Source: a bacterium | GTDB taxonomy: Bacteria > Patescibacteriota > Microgenomatia > UBA1400 > PJMF01 | Reading direction: 5' to 3' | Assembly: GCA_017431625.1 (NCBI GenBank) | Contig: JAFRKQ010000015.1 | Location: forward strand, 17,608-81,607 | Length of the DNA stretch: 64,000 nucleotides | Shown here: positions 42,796 through 52,757 of the stretch, piece after piece | Layout of the letters: the number at the start of each line of letters is the position of its first letter | Numbering within the stretch: the stretch's first letter is position 1 | Notes under the pieces: model-generated | Told to the model about the DNA's origin: nothing | Database searches by the model: none | Seen by the model: only the letters and a program-made list of their open reading frames with translations | Program-made: the position numbers and the translations under genes

Positions 42796-44544
42796 ATGAA
42801 GCAAAAACTGACGAGTTTTTTGGCCTGGTTTGATGACTATTTTTTGTTGATAGCTAGTATTTTTTTGCTGTTTTTTATTCCTTTGTGGCCCAAAATTCCC
42901 TTGGCTGATATTATTCCAGGCTATATTGTCCGCTTGCGCCTGGAAGATATTTTCGTTTTTGCGATTTTTGTGATTTACTTGATCCAAGTGGCTCGAGGTA
43001 AGGTTGCCTGGCGGATGCCCACTTGGCAGTTAATTTTTGGTTACGTAGCAGTAGGTTTAATGTCGATATTGACAGGAATTTTTGTCATTCATACAATTCC
43101 GTTTCTCCTACCAGAGATGGGCAGCTTGGGTGACGTTATCGCCGCCGGTGTGCATGTGGCAAAGTCATTTTTGCACTGGGCACGTTACATTGAGTATTTT
43201 TTCTTGGCTTTTTTATTCTATTCAGCTATCAACAAGCGCGTGGCCCTCAAAACAATCGCAGCGTGCATGTTATTGACGGTGGTAGCGATCACAGTCTACG
43301 GTTGGGGGCAAAAGTATTGCTATTGGCCCGTTTATTCAACGATGAACCGAGAATTTGCCAAGGGTATGAAGCTGGTGCTTACTCCTCATGCTCGGGTACA
43401 ATCAACTTTTGGTGGCCATTATGATTTTGCGGCCTATTTGGTATTACTTTTGCCTTTTACTCTCATGATTGCCAAAAAGGCCCGTAATATCTGGCCAAAG
43501 TATCCTCGTTTGTTGACTGGCTTGGCATGGTTGGCTCATTTTGCGGGAGTCTGGAGCTTGATTATTTCGGCAGCCAGAACCTCAATTATTGCTTATTTTA
43601 TAGGTACAGTTTTGGTTTTTACTCTTGATGTTTTTATGAGTAAACGGCCTCGTCGCCGTCAGGTATGGGCTTGGTGTAGTCAACAAGTGGCTTATTTTGC
43701 TTTGGTGGGCGTGCTTGTTTTTGGTTGGGGACAAGACATGATTGAGCGTTTTGAACACACACTCGACTCAATTCCTTGGGTACATGATACGTATCACACC
43801 GCCAACCGTTGGCGCAAAGAATTACCTTATAAATTGGGCTGGAAGGAATGGGAACAGCCAGAGGGAACAGTAGCTGTTGTGGTTGATGATTTTGGTAATA
43901 ATTCGGTGCTCACGCCAACTGACACACAACCGCAACCAGTCGCGCCATCACCTTCATCGGAACCCACCAGTGACAATCGTCCAGTGGATGTTTATGAGGA
44001 TATTCCGGATATTAAGATAGCAGTGGATGCTTCGGGTAACGCTTATACTTATGAAGCTACCCGGACTTGGTCGGTCAATGCAGAAAAATACGGTTTGTCG
44101 ATGGCCATCCGTTTTGATACTCTCTGGCCCAATGCCATTCGTGGTTTTAGTCGCAATCCCCTTTTGGGGAGTGGCTATGGTACCCTGACTAAGGGTGAGT
44201 CACTCTCGGTTTTTACCGAGGCGGATAGCACTGATTGCAATTATTTGCGCACTTTGGGTGAAACAGGACTTTTGGGCTTTATTTGTTTTTATGGTGCCGT
44301 TGTTTGGGCCATTATTATTGCTTGGCAGCAATGTCGTCTGGCTGATAATTTGCTACAGATGATCAATTTGGCTTATTTGGGTGCAGCGGTGGGTATCTTG
44401 GTGAACGCTTTGTATATCGATGTTTTCGCGGCTTCTAAAGTAGCGTTTACTTTCTGGATGTTGACTGGTATCTTTTGGGCATCACAAAAGAAGGCTATTA
44501 GAGCCATTGAAATAACTCAAGATGAGAAAAAAGTTGACGCTTAA
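42796..44544 (+). CDS. O-antigen ligase/Wzy_C-family polytopic membrane protein
   Basis: ~10 TM helices, large external loop ending in DCNYLRTLGETGLLGF (O-antigen-ligase H/N-x-x-L...E-x-G motif); leaderless. Confidence 0.6.
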   Translation: MKQKLTSFLAWFDDYFLLIASIFLLFFIPLWPKIPLADIIPGYIVRLRLEDIFVFAIFVIYLIQVARGKVAWRMPTWQLIFGYVAVGLMSILTGIFVIHTIPFLLPEMGSLGDVIAAGVHVAKSFLHWARYIEYFFLAFLFYSAINKRVALKTIAACMLLTVVAITVYGWGQKYCYWPVYSTMNREFAKGMKLVLTPHARVQSTFGGHYDFAAYLVLLLPFTLMIAKKARNIWPKYPRLLTGLAWLAHFAGVWSLIISAARTSIIAYFIGTVLVFTLDVFMSKRPRRRQVWAWCSQQVAYFALVGVLVFGWGQDMIERFEHTLDSIPWVHDTYHTANRWRKELPYKLGWKEWEQPEGTVAVVVDDFGNNSVLTPTDTQPQPVAPSPSSEPTSDNRPVDVYEDIPDIKIAVDASGNAYTYEATRTWSVNAEKYGLSMAIRFDTLWPNAIRGFSRNPLLGSGYGTLTKGESLSVFTEADSTDCNYLRTLGETGLLGFICFYGAVVWAIIIAWQQCRLADNLLQMINLAYLGAAVGILVNALYIDVFAASKVAFTFWMLTGIFWASQKKAIRAIEITQDEKKVDA

Positions 44545-46081
44545 ACGCTCTCACTGGTTTTTGGCATTTATTCTTAGTCTGGCTTTTGCCGTTCGGCTTT
44601 ATCGACTTACTTATCCTTTGCTTGATTGGCATTCTTTTCGTCAAGCTGATACTGCTTCGGTCACGCGTGAGTTTGTCAAACATCGCTATCCTATTTGGCG
44701 GCCACATTATCATGATCTTGGTGATATCCAAAGTGGTTTGGACAATTTGGCTGGTGATCGGATGGTAGAATTTCCTTTAGTGAATTATTTGCTGGCGTGT
44801 TGGCTGCGAGTTTTTCCTACTTGGGATTTGGTAGTGACCTCGCGTTTGGCAGCCGCGCTGGCCTCCACTGGCTCATGCTGGTGTCTTTATTGGCTGGTAA
44901 AAAAGCTCGTATCTAGCAACAGTGATGATGACTCGCAAGTGGAATGGCTAGCACAACTTTCGGCCTTAACGATGGCAATTCTGCCTTATTCTATTTATTA
45001 TGGTCGAGTCATCTTGCCAGAACCTTTTCAGGTTTTTTTTGGCTTGTTAGCGCTTGTGAGTTTTGTGAGCTATTTGCGAGAGCATCGCTGGTCATCTTGG
45101 GGTTTGACGGTGGTGAGTTTGCTGACTGCTTTGCTCATCAAACCGACAACAGTTTTTTGGGGACCTTTATTTTTACTTTTGGCTTGGCAAAAAGATGGTT
45201 GGCATTGTCTCAAACGCGGCGATTTGTGGCTTCTGGCTTTGGTGGCGGTTTTGCCTTTGGGGTGGTGGCGGTTATATATTCGCCAGTTTCCGGCGGGGAT
45301 TCCGGCGAGTGACTGGTTGTTTAACGGACCAATTGCTGGTGTGGCTCCACGTTGGCGGCCGATGTGGTGGCGCTGGCTTTTTTACGAACGTTTGACCAAG
45401 GATTGGCTGGGTTGGTTGGGAGCCATGTGGCTGATTTTGGGATTGTATCCTCTATCGGTGTTTCACCGAAAAACTCACGTCTCTTGGCGACAGCTTGATA
45501 TTTTTGTTTATTGTTGGTTGGCACTTGATTTTGTTTATCTGAGTGTTTTTGCTCGTGGTAATATTCAACATGATTATTATCAATATCTTTTATTGCCAGC
45601 GGTAGCTGTGTTGGTAGGTCGTGGGGTGGCAATTTTTGTCAGTTGGACCCAGCGTTTTTGGCCATGGCGAAGTTTAACGATAGTGCTAGCGGTAGTTATC
45701 AGTGCTGGTGCTTGGTGTTTGGCTTGGCAGCGCGTGGGTGGCTATTTTAATGTCAATAATTGGGCTCAAGTACGGATTGGTCATCAAGCAGATTTGCTGC
45801 TACCAAGTGATGCCTTAGTGATCGCTCATGCTTATGATGCTGATACTAGTTTTCTTTTTCAAACCAATCGTTGCGGTTGGTCTACAGGGTTGGAGTTGGA
45901 GGATAAAATTACCAAAGGTGCACATTTTTTTGTGGGCACTGATACTGATGATTTATATCACCATTTGCTTGACAATTATCAGCTTTTGGCGCAAAATGAG
46001 GATGGCTTTATTTTTGATTTGACCGCCAGTAGTGCAGGACAGCTAACAGCGACGGCAAGTGGACAAGAAAGACAACCATGA
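44522..46081 (+). CDS. ArnT/PMT-like GT-C fold membrane glycosyltransferase
   Basis: Polytopic; N-terminal LRLYRLTYP...FRQADTA loop typical of lipid-carrier-dependent glycosyltransferases. Confidence 0.55.
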   Translation: MRKKLTLKRSHWFLAFILSLAFAVRLYRLTYPLLDWHSFRQADTASVTREFVKHRYPIWRPHYHDLGDIQSGLDNLAGDRMVEFPLVNYLLACWLRVFPTWDLVVTSRLAAALASTGSCWCLYWLVKKLVSSNSDDDSQVEWLAQLSALTMAILPYSIYYGRVILPEPFQVFFGLLALVSFVSYLREHRWSSWGLTVVSLLTALLIKPTTVFWGPLFLLLAWQKDGWHCLKRGDLWLLALVAVLPLGWWRLYIRQFPAGIPASDWLFNGPIAGVAPRWRPMWWRWLFYERLTKDWLGWLGAMWLILGLYPLSVFHRKTHVSWRQLDIFVYCWLALDFVYLSVFARGNIQHDYYQYLLLPAVAVLVGRGVAIFVSWTQRFWPWRSLTIVLAVVISAGAWCLAWQRVGGYFNVNNWAQVRIGHQADLLLPSDALVIAHAYDADTSFLFQTNRCGWSTGLELEDKITKGAHFFVGTDTDDLYHHLLDNYQLLAQNEDGFIFDLTASSAGQLTATASGQERQP

Positions 46082-47292
46082 AAATATTGATGCTTACGCC
46101 ATATCTCCCCTATCCCCTGCTTTCTGGAGGTCAGATTCGGACTTATAATTTACTCAAAAAAATGGCCGACAAACACGAGATTACTCTTTTTGCGCTGATT
46201 AAAAATGAACAAGAGAAACAGTATATTAAAGAACTTGAACAATATTGTCATAAAGTGCGAGTTTTTAAGCGCTCGAGTAAACCTTTTACGCTGCGCAATA
46301 TTCTGCGTACGGCCATTTCGAGCTATCCGTTTTTGGTCATTCGCAATCATGTCTCATCAGTGATTAGTGCCGTCAGACAAGAGCTCGAGAGTGAAAATTA
46401 TGATTTAATTCACGCGGAGACTTTTTACATGATGCCTCATTTACCAGCTACTAAAATTCCGGTAATGCTGGTGGAGCAGACGATTGAGTATTTAGGCTAT
46501 GAAAGTTTTGCACAGACGACTCGCTGGCAGTTTTTGCGTCCTTTGCTGAAAATTGATATTAATAAAATTAAGTACTGGGAAAAGTATTACTGGCAGCACT
46601 GTGATCAACTCGTCACGATGAGCGAGGACGATAAAACTTTTATTGCTAGTGAAATTGGTGAAACCACACCAATTGATGTGGTGGCTAATGGTGTGGATAC
46701 AGCGTGGTTTAGTGAGCAAAAATTTGCCAAAAGAAAAGTACCAACACTTTTATCGGTGGGAACTTTTAAGTGGTTGCCCAATGTTGAGGCAGTACGTTTT
46801 CTCATTCAGAAAGTCTGGCCGTTAATTAAAAGGCAACGTCAAGATATTAAACTTTGGGTGGTGGGTAATGCGCCCACTGATGAAATCTTGCGTTTCGCGG
46901 CTCGTGATCCGCAAATAGAAGTTTCTGGCCGTATTGCTGACATCCGTGAGGCTTTTGGTGGGGCGCACATTCTTTTGGCACCGGTGTTTTCTGGTAAAGG
47001 TACGCGCTATAAAATTTTGGAGGCGATGGCTTCGGGTACGCCGATTATTGCCACTAGTACCGCGGTTGAGGGTCTGGGTGTGGTCAATCGCGAAGAGGTA
47101 ATTATTGCCGATACTGCGGAAGCGATGGCTCGTGAGGCTTTGGCTTTATTGGCTGATGACCAACTGCAAGCAAGACTTTCTCACGGTGGGAGGCAATTTG
47201 TACGCGAACATTATGATTGGGAGTTAATCGCCAAGCGCTTGGATGATATCTACCAGCGAGTGGGTAAAAAAGATAATGCAAGAAAAAATTGA
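46078..47292 (+). CDS. Glycosyltransferase family 4
   Basis: MKILMLTPYLPYP...SGGQ N-domain, EAMASGTPIIATSTA C-domain. Confidence 0.8.
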   Translation: MKILMLTPYLPYPLLSGGQIRTYNLLKKMADKHEITLFALIKNEQEKQYIKELEQYCHKVRVFKRSSKPFTLRNILRTAISSYPFLVIRNHVSSVISAVRQELESENYDLIHAETFYMMPHLPATKIPVMLVEQTIEYLGYESFAQTTRWQFLRPLLKIDINKIKYWEKYYWQHCDQLVTMSEDDKTFIASEIGETTPIDVVANGVDTAWFSEQKFAKRKVPTLLSVGTFKWLPNVEAVRFLIQKVWPLIKRQRQDIKLWVVGNAPTDEILRFAARDPQIEVSGRIADIREAFGGAHILLAPVFSGKGTRYKILEAMASGTPIIATSTAVEGLGVVNREEVIIADTAEAMAREALALLADDQLQARLSHGGRQFVREHYDWELIAKRLDDIYQRVGKKDNARKN

Positions 47293-48151
47293 TTTGTCAA
47301 TTATTATTGTCAGTTATAATGGCAGCTTTTGGCTCAAAAAAACGCTTGAGAGTCTCAAGGAGTTTTACTTGGATCAGACGACCAAACGAGTGGCAGTTTA
47401 TTTAGTGGATAATGCGAGCACTGATGATGTGGTGGTAATGACACGTCAAAACTTCCCGTTTGTACAGATTATTGAGTTAGAAAAAAATTTGGGATTTGCG
47501 GCCGCTAATAATCGAGCGCTCAAAGAAATTTCTAGCGACTATGTGATGCTGCTAAATCCCGATACGCAATTGGACGAACGCTCGCGAATAGATTTACTGC
47601 TTGATTATTTATCCGCTCACCAGGAGGTGGGTATGATTGGTCCTAAGCTGTTGTTGACAGATGGACGCTTGGATCCAGCGTGTCATCGGGGTGAACCCAA
47701 TCCGTGGGCAGCAGCGTGTTACTTTTTGCGGTTGGAAAAATTGTGGCCACGTTGGCGTTTGGTTAATGGTTATCACCGTGGCGATTTGGATATGGATAAG
47801 ATTCATTCGATTGAAGCTATTTCTGGGGCAGCGATGATAGTGCCACGATCAGCTCTTGAGGTAGTCGGACTTTTGGATGAGAGATTTTTTCTTTACGCTG
47901 AAGATTTGGATTGGGCGCGACGTTTTCGGGAAGCTGGTTACCAAATTATTTACGATCCCGAATGTATTATCATTCATCACAAAAATAAAACTGGTATTGC
48001 CAATCAAGATGCACAAATTTCTGGCAAGAGTCGTGAGTATTTTTTCAATACCATGCTACAATATTATGACAAGTATTATGCCGACAAACTACCAAAATTT
48101 ATGCGTCGGCTTGTCCAAAGTTTTTTATTTGTCAAAAAAGAAGGTTGGTAA
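47276..48151 (+). CDS. Glycosyltransferase family 2
   Basis: LSIIIVSYNG...VDNASTDD, DxD-type GT-A fold. Confidence 0.8.
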   Translation: MQEKIDLSIIIVSYNGSFWLKKTLESLKEFYLDQTTKRVAVYLVDNASTDDVVVMTRQNFPFVQIIELEKNLGFAAANNRALKEISSDYVMLLNPDTQLDERSRIDLLLDYLSAHQEVGMIGPKLLLTDGRLDPACHRGEPNPWAAACYFLRLEKLWPRWRLVNGYHRGDLDMDKIHSIEAISGAAMIVPRSALEVVGLLDERFFLYAEDLDWARRFREAGYQIIYDPECIIIHHKNKTGIANQDAQISGKSREYFFNTMLQYYDKYYADKLPKFMRRLVQSFLFVKKEGW

Positions 48152-48227
48152 ACCGAAACACTGAGGACTGCATAGCTCCGCACACATCTCGGCAGTCGCT
48201 TACACAGCTCCGCGCCGAGCTCGGCAG
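48151..48227. repeat. GC-rich palindromic element (family Z) copy; terminator-like after GT2 gene
   Basis: AACCGAAACACT...CAGCTCCGCGCCGAGCTCGGCAG. Confidence 0.6.
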
Positions 48228-48303
48228 TGTGAATAATAGTAGTTAAAGACAAATAATAAAATTGCTCACGCACAAATTAAATTTTGCGTGTATAATCGCC
48301 TTT

Positions 48304-49347
48304 ATGGATGTAAGTAAACTCTATGTGCAAGATTTTCGTCAGTTCGCACAAAGAACTTGGGATTTGGCGCCGGGAATCAATCTGGTGATTGCTCCCAATG
48401 GTTCGGGCAAAACGACATTACTTGAAGCTTTGCATCTTTTGGCTACTGGCAAGAGTTTTCGGGCGAACAAAACCGTCGAGATGGTGCGCTTTGGTCAGGA
48501 AATTGCGAGAGTTTATGCACTAGCTGATGATAAGCTCAAACTAGGGATAACACTGACGGGCGGATTGGTAGGTGGTCAAAAGGCAGCTGCTAAATATTAT
48601 CAAATCAACCAAACGAGAAAACGGGCGGTAGATTTTGTGGGTAATTTGCTGACAGCCACGTTCAGGCCAGAGGATTTGCGTTTGATTGAAGGCTCAAGCA
48701 GTAGACGACGCGATTATTTGGATGGACCTTTGAGCCTAGTCAGCCAAGTATATCGGGAAGCTGACAAAAAATATTCAGCTGCCTTGATACGTCGTAACAA
48801 GACACTCAAAGCGATTCGTGACGATGGCTTGGATGAAAGCTTGTTGTCATTGTGGGATCGGCAGGTGCTGGAATTTGGACCCGTGGTGCAAAGATTGCGA
48901 GCTGCTTATGTTGATTTTGTCAATACGCGGGTGCAGTTCGCTCGCCCGTATCATCTTATATATCAACATTCTCTCATGAGTCCAGAAAGACTCCTCTCTC
49001 ACCGTCGGGCTGAGCTGGCTGTTGGTTATACTTTGGTGGGGCCGCATAAAGATGATTTACTCATTGAAGCCGAGCTGGGCGGACAGATGGTCAATCTCGC
49101 GACTTATGGTTCGCGTGGACAACAACGTCTGGCAGTGTTGTGGCTCAAATTGGCTGAGCTTGAGTATATCAAGCGAGAGACCAAGCGAGTGCCGATTTTG
49201 CTTTTGGATGATATTTTTTCCGAGCTGGATGATCAAGCGCGCGAGCTCGTACTTGCCCAAGTGCAACAACAAACCACCATTATTACTTCTATTGATCAAG
49301 AATTGACAAAAATAATCGGTAAGCAAGTAAATACAATAGTTTTATGA
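48304..49347 (+). CDS. recF: DNA replication and repair protein RecF
   Basis: Walker A APNGSGKTTLLEA, RecF signature regions; leaderless (TATAAT-7nt-ATG 48304). Confidence 0.85.
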   Translation: MDVSKLYVQDFRQFAQRTWDLAPGINLVIAPNGSGKTTLLEALHLLATGKSFRANKTVEMVRFGQEIARVYALADDKLKLGITLTGGLVGGQKAAAKYYQINQTRKRAVDFVGNLLTATFRPEDLRLIEGSSSRRRDYLDGPLSLVSQVYREADKKYSAALIRRNKTLKAIRDDGLDESLLSLWDRQVLEFGPVVQRLRAAYVDFVNTRVQFARPYHLIYQHSLMSPERLLSHRRAELAVGYTLVGPHKDDLLIEAELGGQMVNLATYGSRGQQRLAVLWLKLAELEYIKRETKRVPILLLDDIFSELDDQARELVLAQVQQQTTIITSIDQELTKIIGKQVNTIVL

Positions 49348-49925
49348 CAATAAATAATCACATGTCACAAGAAATTACCGCGTCCACACTGGAAACAGTA
49401 CCGGGGCGGCGACGTTTGACCAAAGAAGTCAAAATAATTTTGGCTGCTTTGGCTACGGTCATCATTGTGGGGCTTTTGGGACAAGTGTTGCGTCACTGGC
49501 GGCGTGAGTATACCACTTTGTCGGCGTATCTGCTGAGTCTGCCTGATTATTCTTATGTGACCGCTTCGATTAATGATCAACCTTTTCGTTTGGAGCTGGT
49601 CAATACTAATACTTCAAGACAGCAAGGTTTGTCAGATCGCAGTGAAATTGGCAGTGATGGTATGCTTTTTGTGATGCCGATGTTGGGCACTTATCCTTTT
49701 TGGATGCCACGCATGCATTTTGATTTGGATATTGTGTGGTTGGCTGAAGATCAGATTGTGGATATTACACCCAATGTGCCGGCCCAACCAGGTGTGCCTT
49801 TGGGTCAGCTGCCATTTTATACCAATGATCAGCCTTGTAATCTGATTTTGGAGTTGCCAGCGGGACGAGCCGCACTTTTAGGTCTGCAAGTGGGCGACAA
49901 ACTGGTAGTCCAGCGCGACTTATAA
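49344..49925 (+). CDS. DUF192-domain protein
   Basis: Signal anchor then LDIVWL...beta-rich DUF192-like core; ATGA overlap with recF. Confidence 0.6.
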   Translation: MTINNHMSQEITASTLETVPGRRRLTKEVKIILAALATVIIVGLLGQVLRHWRREYTTLSAYLLSLPDYSYVTASINDQPFRLELVNTNTSRQQGLSDRSEIGSDGMLFVMPMLGTYPFWMPRMHFDLDIVWLAEDQIVDITPNVPAQPGVPLGQLPFYTNDQPCNLILELPAGRAALLGLQVGDKLVVQRDL

Positions 49926-50897
49926 AGTTGTGAGTAATAAGGTAGCCTGACCTTCTAGGGTGTACTCTCCCAAGCCAGCGGGAATAAAAGCGGTTTCCCC
50001 TTTTTGGAAGGTGTAAATCATCCCCGAGTGTACAATTTGAAATTGACCCTCGAGAGTGAGATAAACCTGACAACTACCACCGGTAGCTTTTTGGGTAAAA
50101 GCTGATTGTAAAGTGAGTTTGCGGACGTGGAAATAATCGCAAGCGGCCAGTTCCTGCCAACTATTGCCCTCAACGGTGGGTACTGGTGGGGCGAGTGGTG
50201 CCAGGGGTGTAGGCTCAAGAGTGCTGACAGCCAAAGCATCCTTGATATGCAAGGGACGCTTTTTACCATCAAAATCTACTCGACCATAGTCACAGACGCG
50301 ATAAGTCAAGTCACAGGCTTGTTGAATTTCGGCAATCAAAAGACCCTTGCCAATGCCATGGACAGTGCCAGGCGGCAAGAAAAAGACATCGCCGGGATGA
50401 GCAGGCACTTGGCGTAAAATTTCGGGTAAAGTGTCATTTTCGATGTGCTTTTTGAAGTCACGTCGGTCGGTAATTTCGGCTACACCATAATAAAGACTAG
50501 CACCGGGTTGGGCCTCGACTACGTACCACATTTCGGTTTTTCCCGAAAAATTGGGACCCGGTCCAGCATAACCTTTGCCTGGATGGACTTGAATGGAGAG
50601 ATCATCCATGGCGTCAATGTACTTAATAATTAAAGGAAAATCAGTACTTTTGGCCTGACGAGTAATAACTTTTGGCCCCATGGTCTCAAGATAATGAGTA
50701 AAAGTTTCACCAGCAAAAAAACCACCATCAATTTTGCTTTGACCATTAGGATGAGTGGAAACTTCCCATGATTCGGCGACGTTTTTGAGTTCCTTTTGGG
50801 GTTTTTTGCCATATTGCTTGACCAGACGCTGCCCGCCCCAAATTGTTTCGCGCAAAAAGGGATCCATTTTAAGAGGTGCTAAAAGCTCATTTATCAT
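49920..50897 (-). CDS. manA: Mannose-6-phosphate isomerase, class I
   Basis: ETIWGG N-terminus, LSIQVHP and cupin motifs; 325 aa. Confidence 0.75.
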   Translation of the reverse strand: MINELLAPLKMDPFLRETIWGGQRLVKQYGKKPQKELKNVAESWEVSTHPNGQSKIDGGFFAGETFTHYLETMGPKVITRQAKSTDFPLIIKYIDAMDDLSIQVHPGKGYAGPGPNFSGKTEMWYVVEAQPGASLYYGVAEITDRRDFKKHIENDTLPEILRQVPAHPGDVFFLPPGTVHGIGKGLLIAEIQQACDLTYRVCDYGRVDFDGKKRPLHIKDALAVSTLEPTPLAPLAPPVPTVEGNSWQELAACDYFHVRKLTLQSAFTQKATGGSCQVYLTLEGQFQIVHSGMIYTFQKGETAFIPAGLGEYTLEGQATLLLTTL

Positions 50898-50984
50898 AAT
50901 AAGTCTATTATATCATGAAAAAAGCCATAAAAATTACTAATTTTGACCAAAAAATAACAAAAATGAGTACGAACTTAAGTATCT

Positions 50985-51150
50985 TTCGGGTGTTATTTAT
51001 ATTATAAGTCCGAAACTTTTAATATTATAGGATTTTAAGCCATTATAGCTCATAATTTCCAGGCGAAAATTTGCTGAAAGTCCTATAAGATATTTTTACG
51101 TTCGGAAAAAGTCTGGATGATTATTAATATTATAGGATATATTTGTATAC
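50985..51150. repeat. ATTATAGGAT/ATCCTATAAT box repeat element, copy 3
   Basis: ATTATAGGAT...TTCCAGGCGAAAAT...GTCCTATAAG...AGTCTGGAT...ATTATAGGAT. Confidence 0.65.
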
Positions 51151-51247
51151 ATTTTGTCTACACTTATTCCATAAGCACATGCTGAGCTGCCGGCAAAAAA
51201 ATACCCCGACGGTGTCGAGGTATTTAGGGTTGGCTAGGAGACTGTCT

Positions 51248-52648
51248 TCACGCTTTGATGATGGACATAGTGTTGGTACCACCTTGACGATGAGGAATGC
51301 CGTGGGTGACAATCAACCGTTCGCCGGGAGTGATAATCCCCTGCTGCTTTAAGTAAGCAATGGTTTTGTTGGCATCACTAGCAATGTCGGAAGGAGCCAA
51401 AACAGGCTCGACAGCATAAGCCAAAGATAGAGCGTAATAAACACGTTCGTCGTCGGTCACGGCAATTACTTGACGGCTAGGATGAAGACTGGCAGCAAGC
51501 AGAGCACTGTGGCCAGTGCTGGTGAGATTCACCAAACGATCCACCTCTAATCCACTAGTTTCAGTCAACTCGATAGCAGCATTGATGACGGCTTCTTGTG
51601 GATCATTGGTGACTTTGATCGTGAGATTTTCATTGGCATAAGGTTCATTAAAGGCGGCAATAGTCGCTTGAGTTTTTACCGCTCGCACCGGATATTTACC
51701 AATGGTAGTTTCCTCAGAGAGCATGATGGCATCAGTGCCGTCGTAGATAGCGTGAGCAACATCGGAAACCTCAGCGCGGGTGGGTCGTGGTAGTTCAGTC
51801 ATACTTTTGAGCATTTGGGTGGCCGTAATCACTGGTTTGGCTTGAGCGCGACACAAATCAATAATTTTCTTTTGCCAGAAAACCAATTCTTCATAAGGCA
51901 TCTCAACGCCAAGATCGCCACGAGCCACCATAACACTATCAGAGGCGGTTACAATCTCTTGGAGATTGTCTAGTGCGGCTTGGGTTTCAATTTTGGAAAT
52001 GATTTTGGATTTCAAGCCTCGTTTGTCAAGCTCTTGACGTAAAAACTCGATGTCTTTGGCGTCGCGGACAAATGATAGACCGACATAGTCAATCAAATCT
52101 GTGCCTTGAGCGCCATCTAATTGGGCGTAATCAGCGCTCACCAGAGATGGCATATCAATGGTGACCCCGGGCACATTCATGGTTTTGCGATGCTTGACTG
52201 TGCAATTGGTGAGAGCGGTCAAAACCAAATGATCACTATTTTTGGCGGTGACTTTTAGCTCACAAGCACCATCGTCTAGCAAAATCATATTGTCAACTTG
52301 CAATGATTCCACGACGTTTTGGGGGATGATCACTTTTTTGACGGCATCAAGATTTTCATTATAAGTAAAAACACATGTCTCTCCCTCAATCAGGTCAAAA
52401 GGTTTTTCTTGTGGGAGGTTGATGCGAATTTCTGGTCCTTGTAAATCCAACAAAATAGCCACACTGGCGTGTTTTTCTTGGGCAACTTTGCGCACGCGGC
52501 GAATTCTTTCTTGGTGCCACTCGGGACTGGAGTGTTTGGTATTAAAACGAGCGACATTCATACCAGCATCAATGAGCTTGGCGATGATCTCCTCAGTCTC
52601 TGTCGCTGGACCAATAGTGGCCACGAGTTTGGTTAATTTTTGGGGCAT
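51248..52648 (-). CDS. pyk: Pyruvate kinase
   Basis: KLVATIGPA N-terminus, PK barrel and C-domain; 466 aa. Confidence 0.9.
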   Translation of the reverse strand: MPQKLTKLVATIGPATETEEIIAKLIDAGMNVARFNTKHSSPEWHQERIRRVRKVAQEKHASVAILLDLQGPEIRINLPQEKPFDLIEGETCVFTYNENLDAVKKVIIPQNVVESLQVDNMILLDDGACELKVTAKNSDHLVLTALTNCTVKHRKTMNVPGVTIDMPSLVSADYAQLDGAQGTDLIDYVGLSFVRDAKDIEFLRQELDKRGLKSKIISKIETQAALDNLQEIVTASDSVMVARGDLGVEMPYEELVFWQKKIIDLCRAQAKPVITATQMLKSMTELPRPTRAEVSDVAHAIYDGTDAIMLSEETTIGKYPVRAVKTQATIAAFNEPYANENLTIKVTNDPQEAVINAAIELTETSGLEVDRLVNLTSTGHSALLAASLHPSRQVIAVTDDERVYYALSLAYAVEPVLAPSDIASDANKTIAYLKQQGIITPGERLIVTHGIPHRQGGTNTMSIIKA

Positions 52649-52757
52649 GTTCCCTCTCTAACGTGCATTTGGCACGTGGCTAATTACTTTTTGGATGAAA
52701 TCAACTGACTAAATATCATTAGAGTTTTCACTTCATCTGTCTTATTGTACCACAGTT

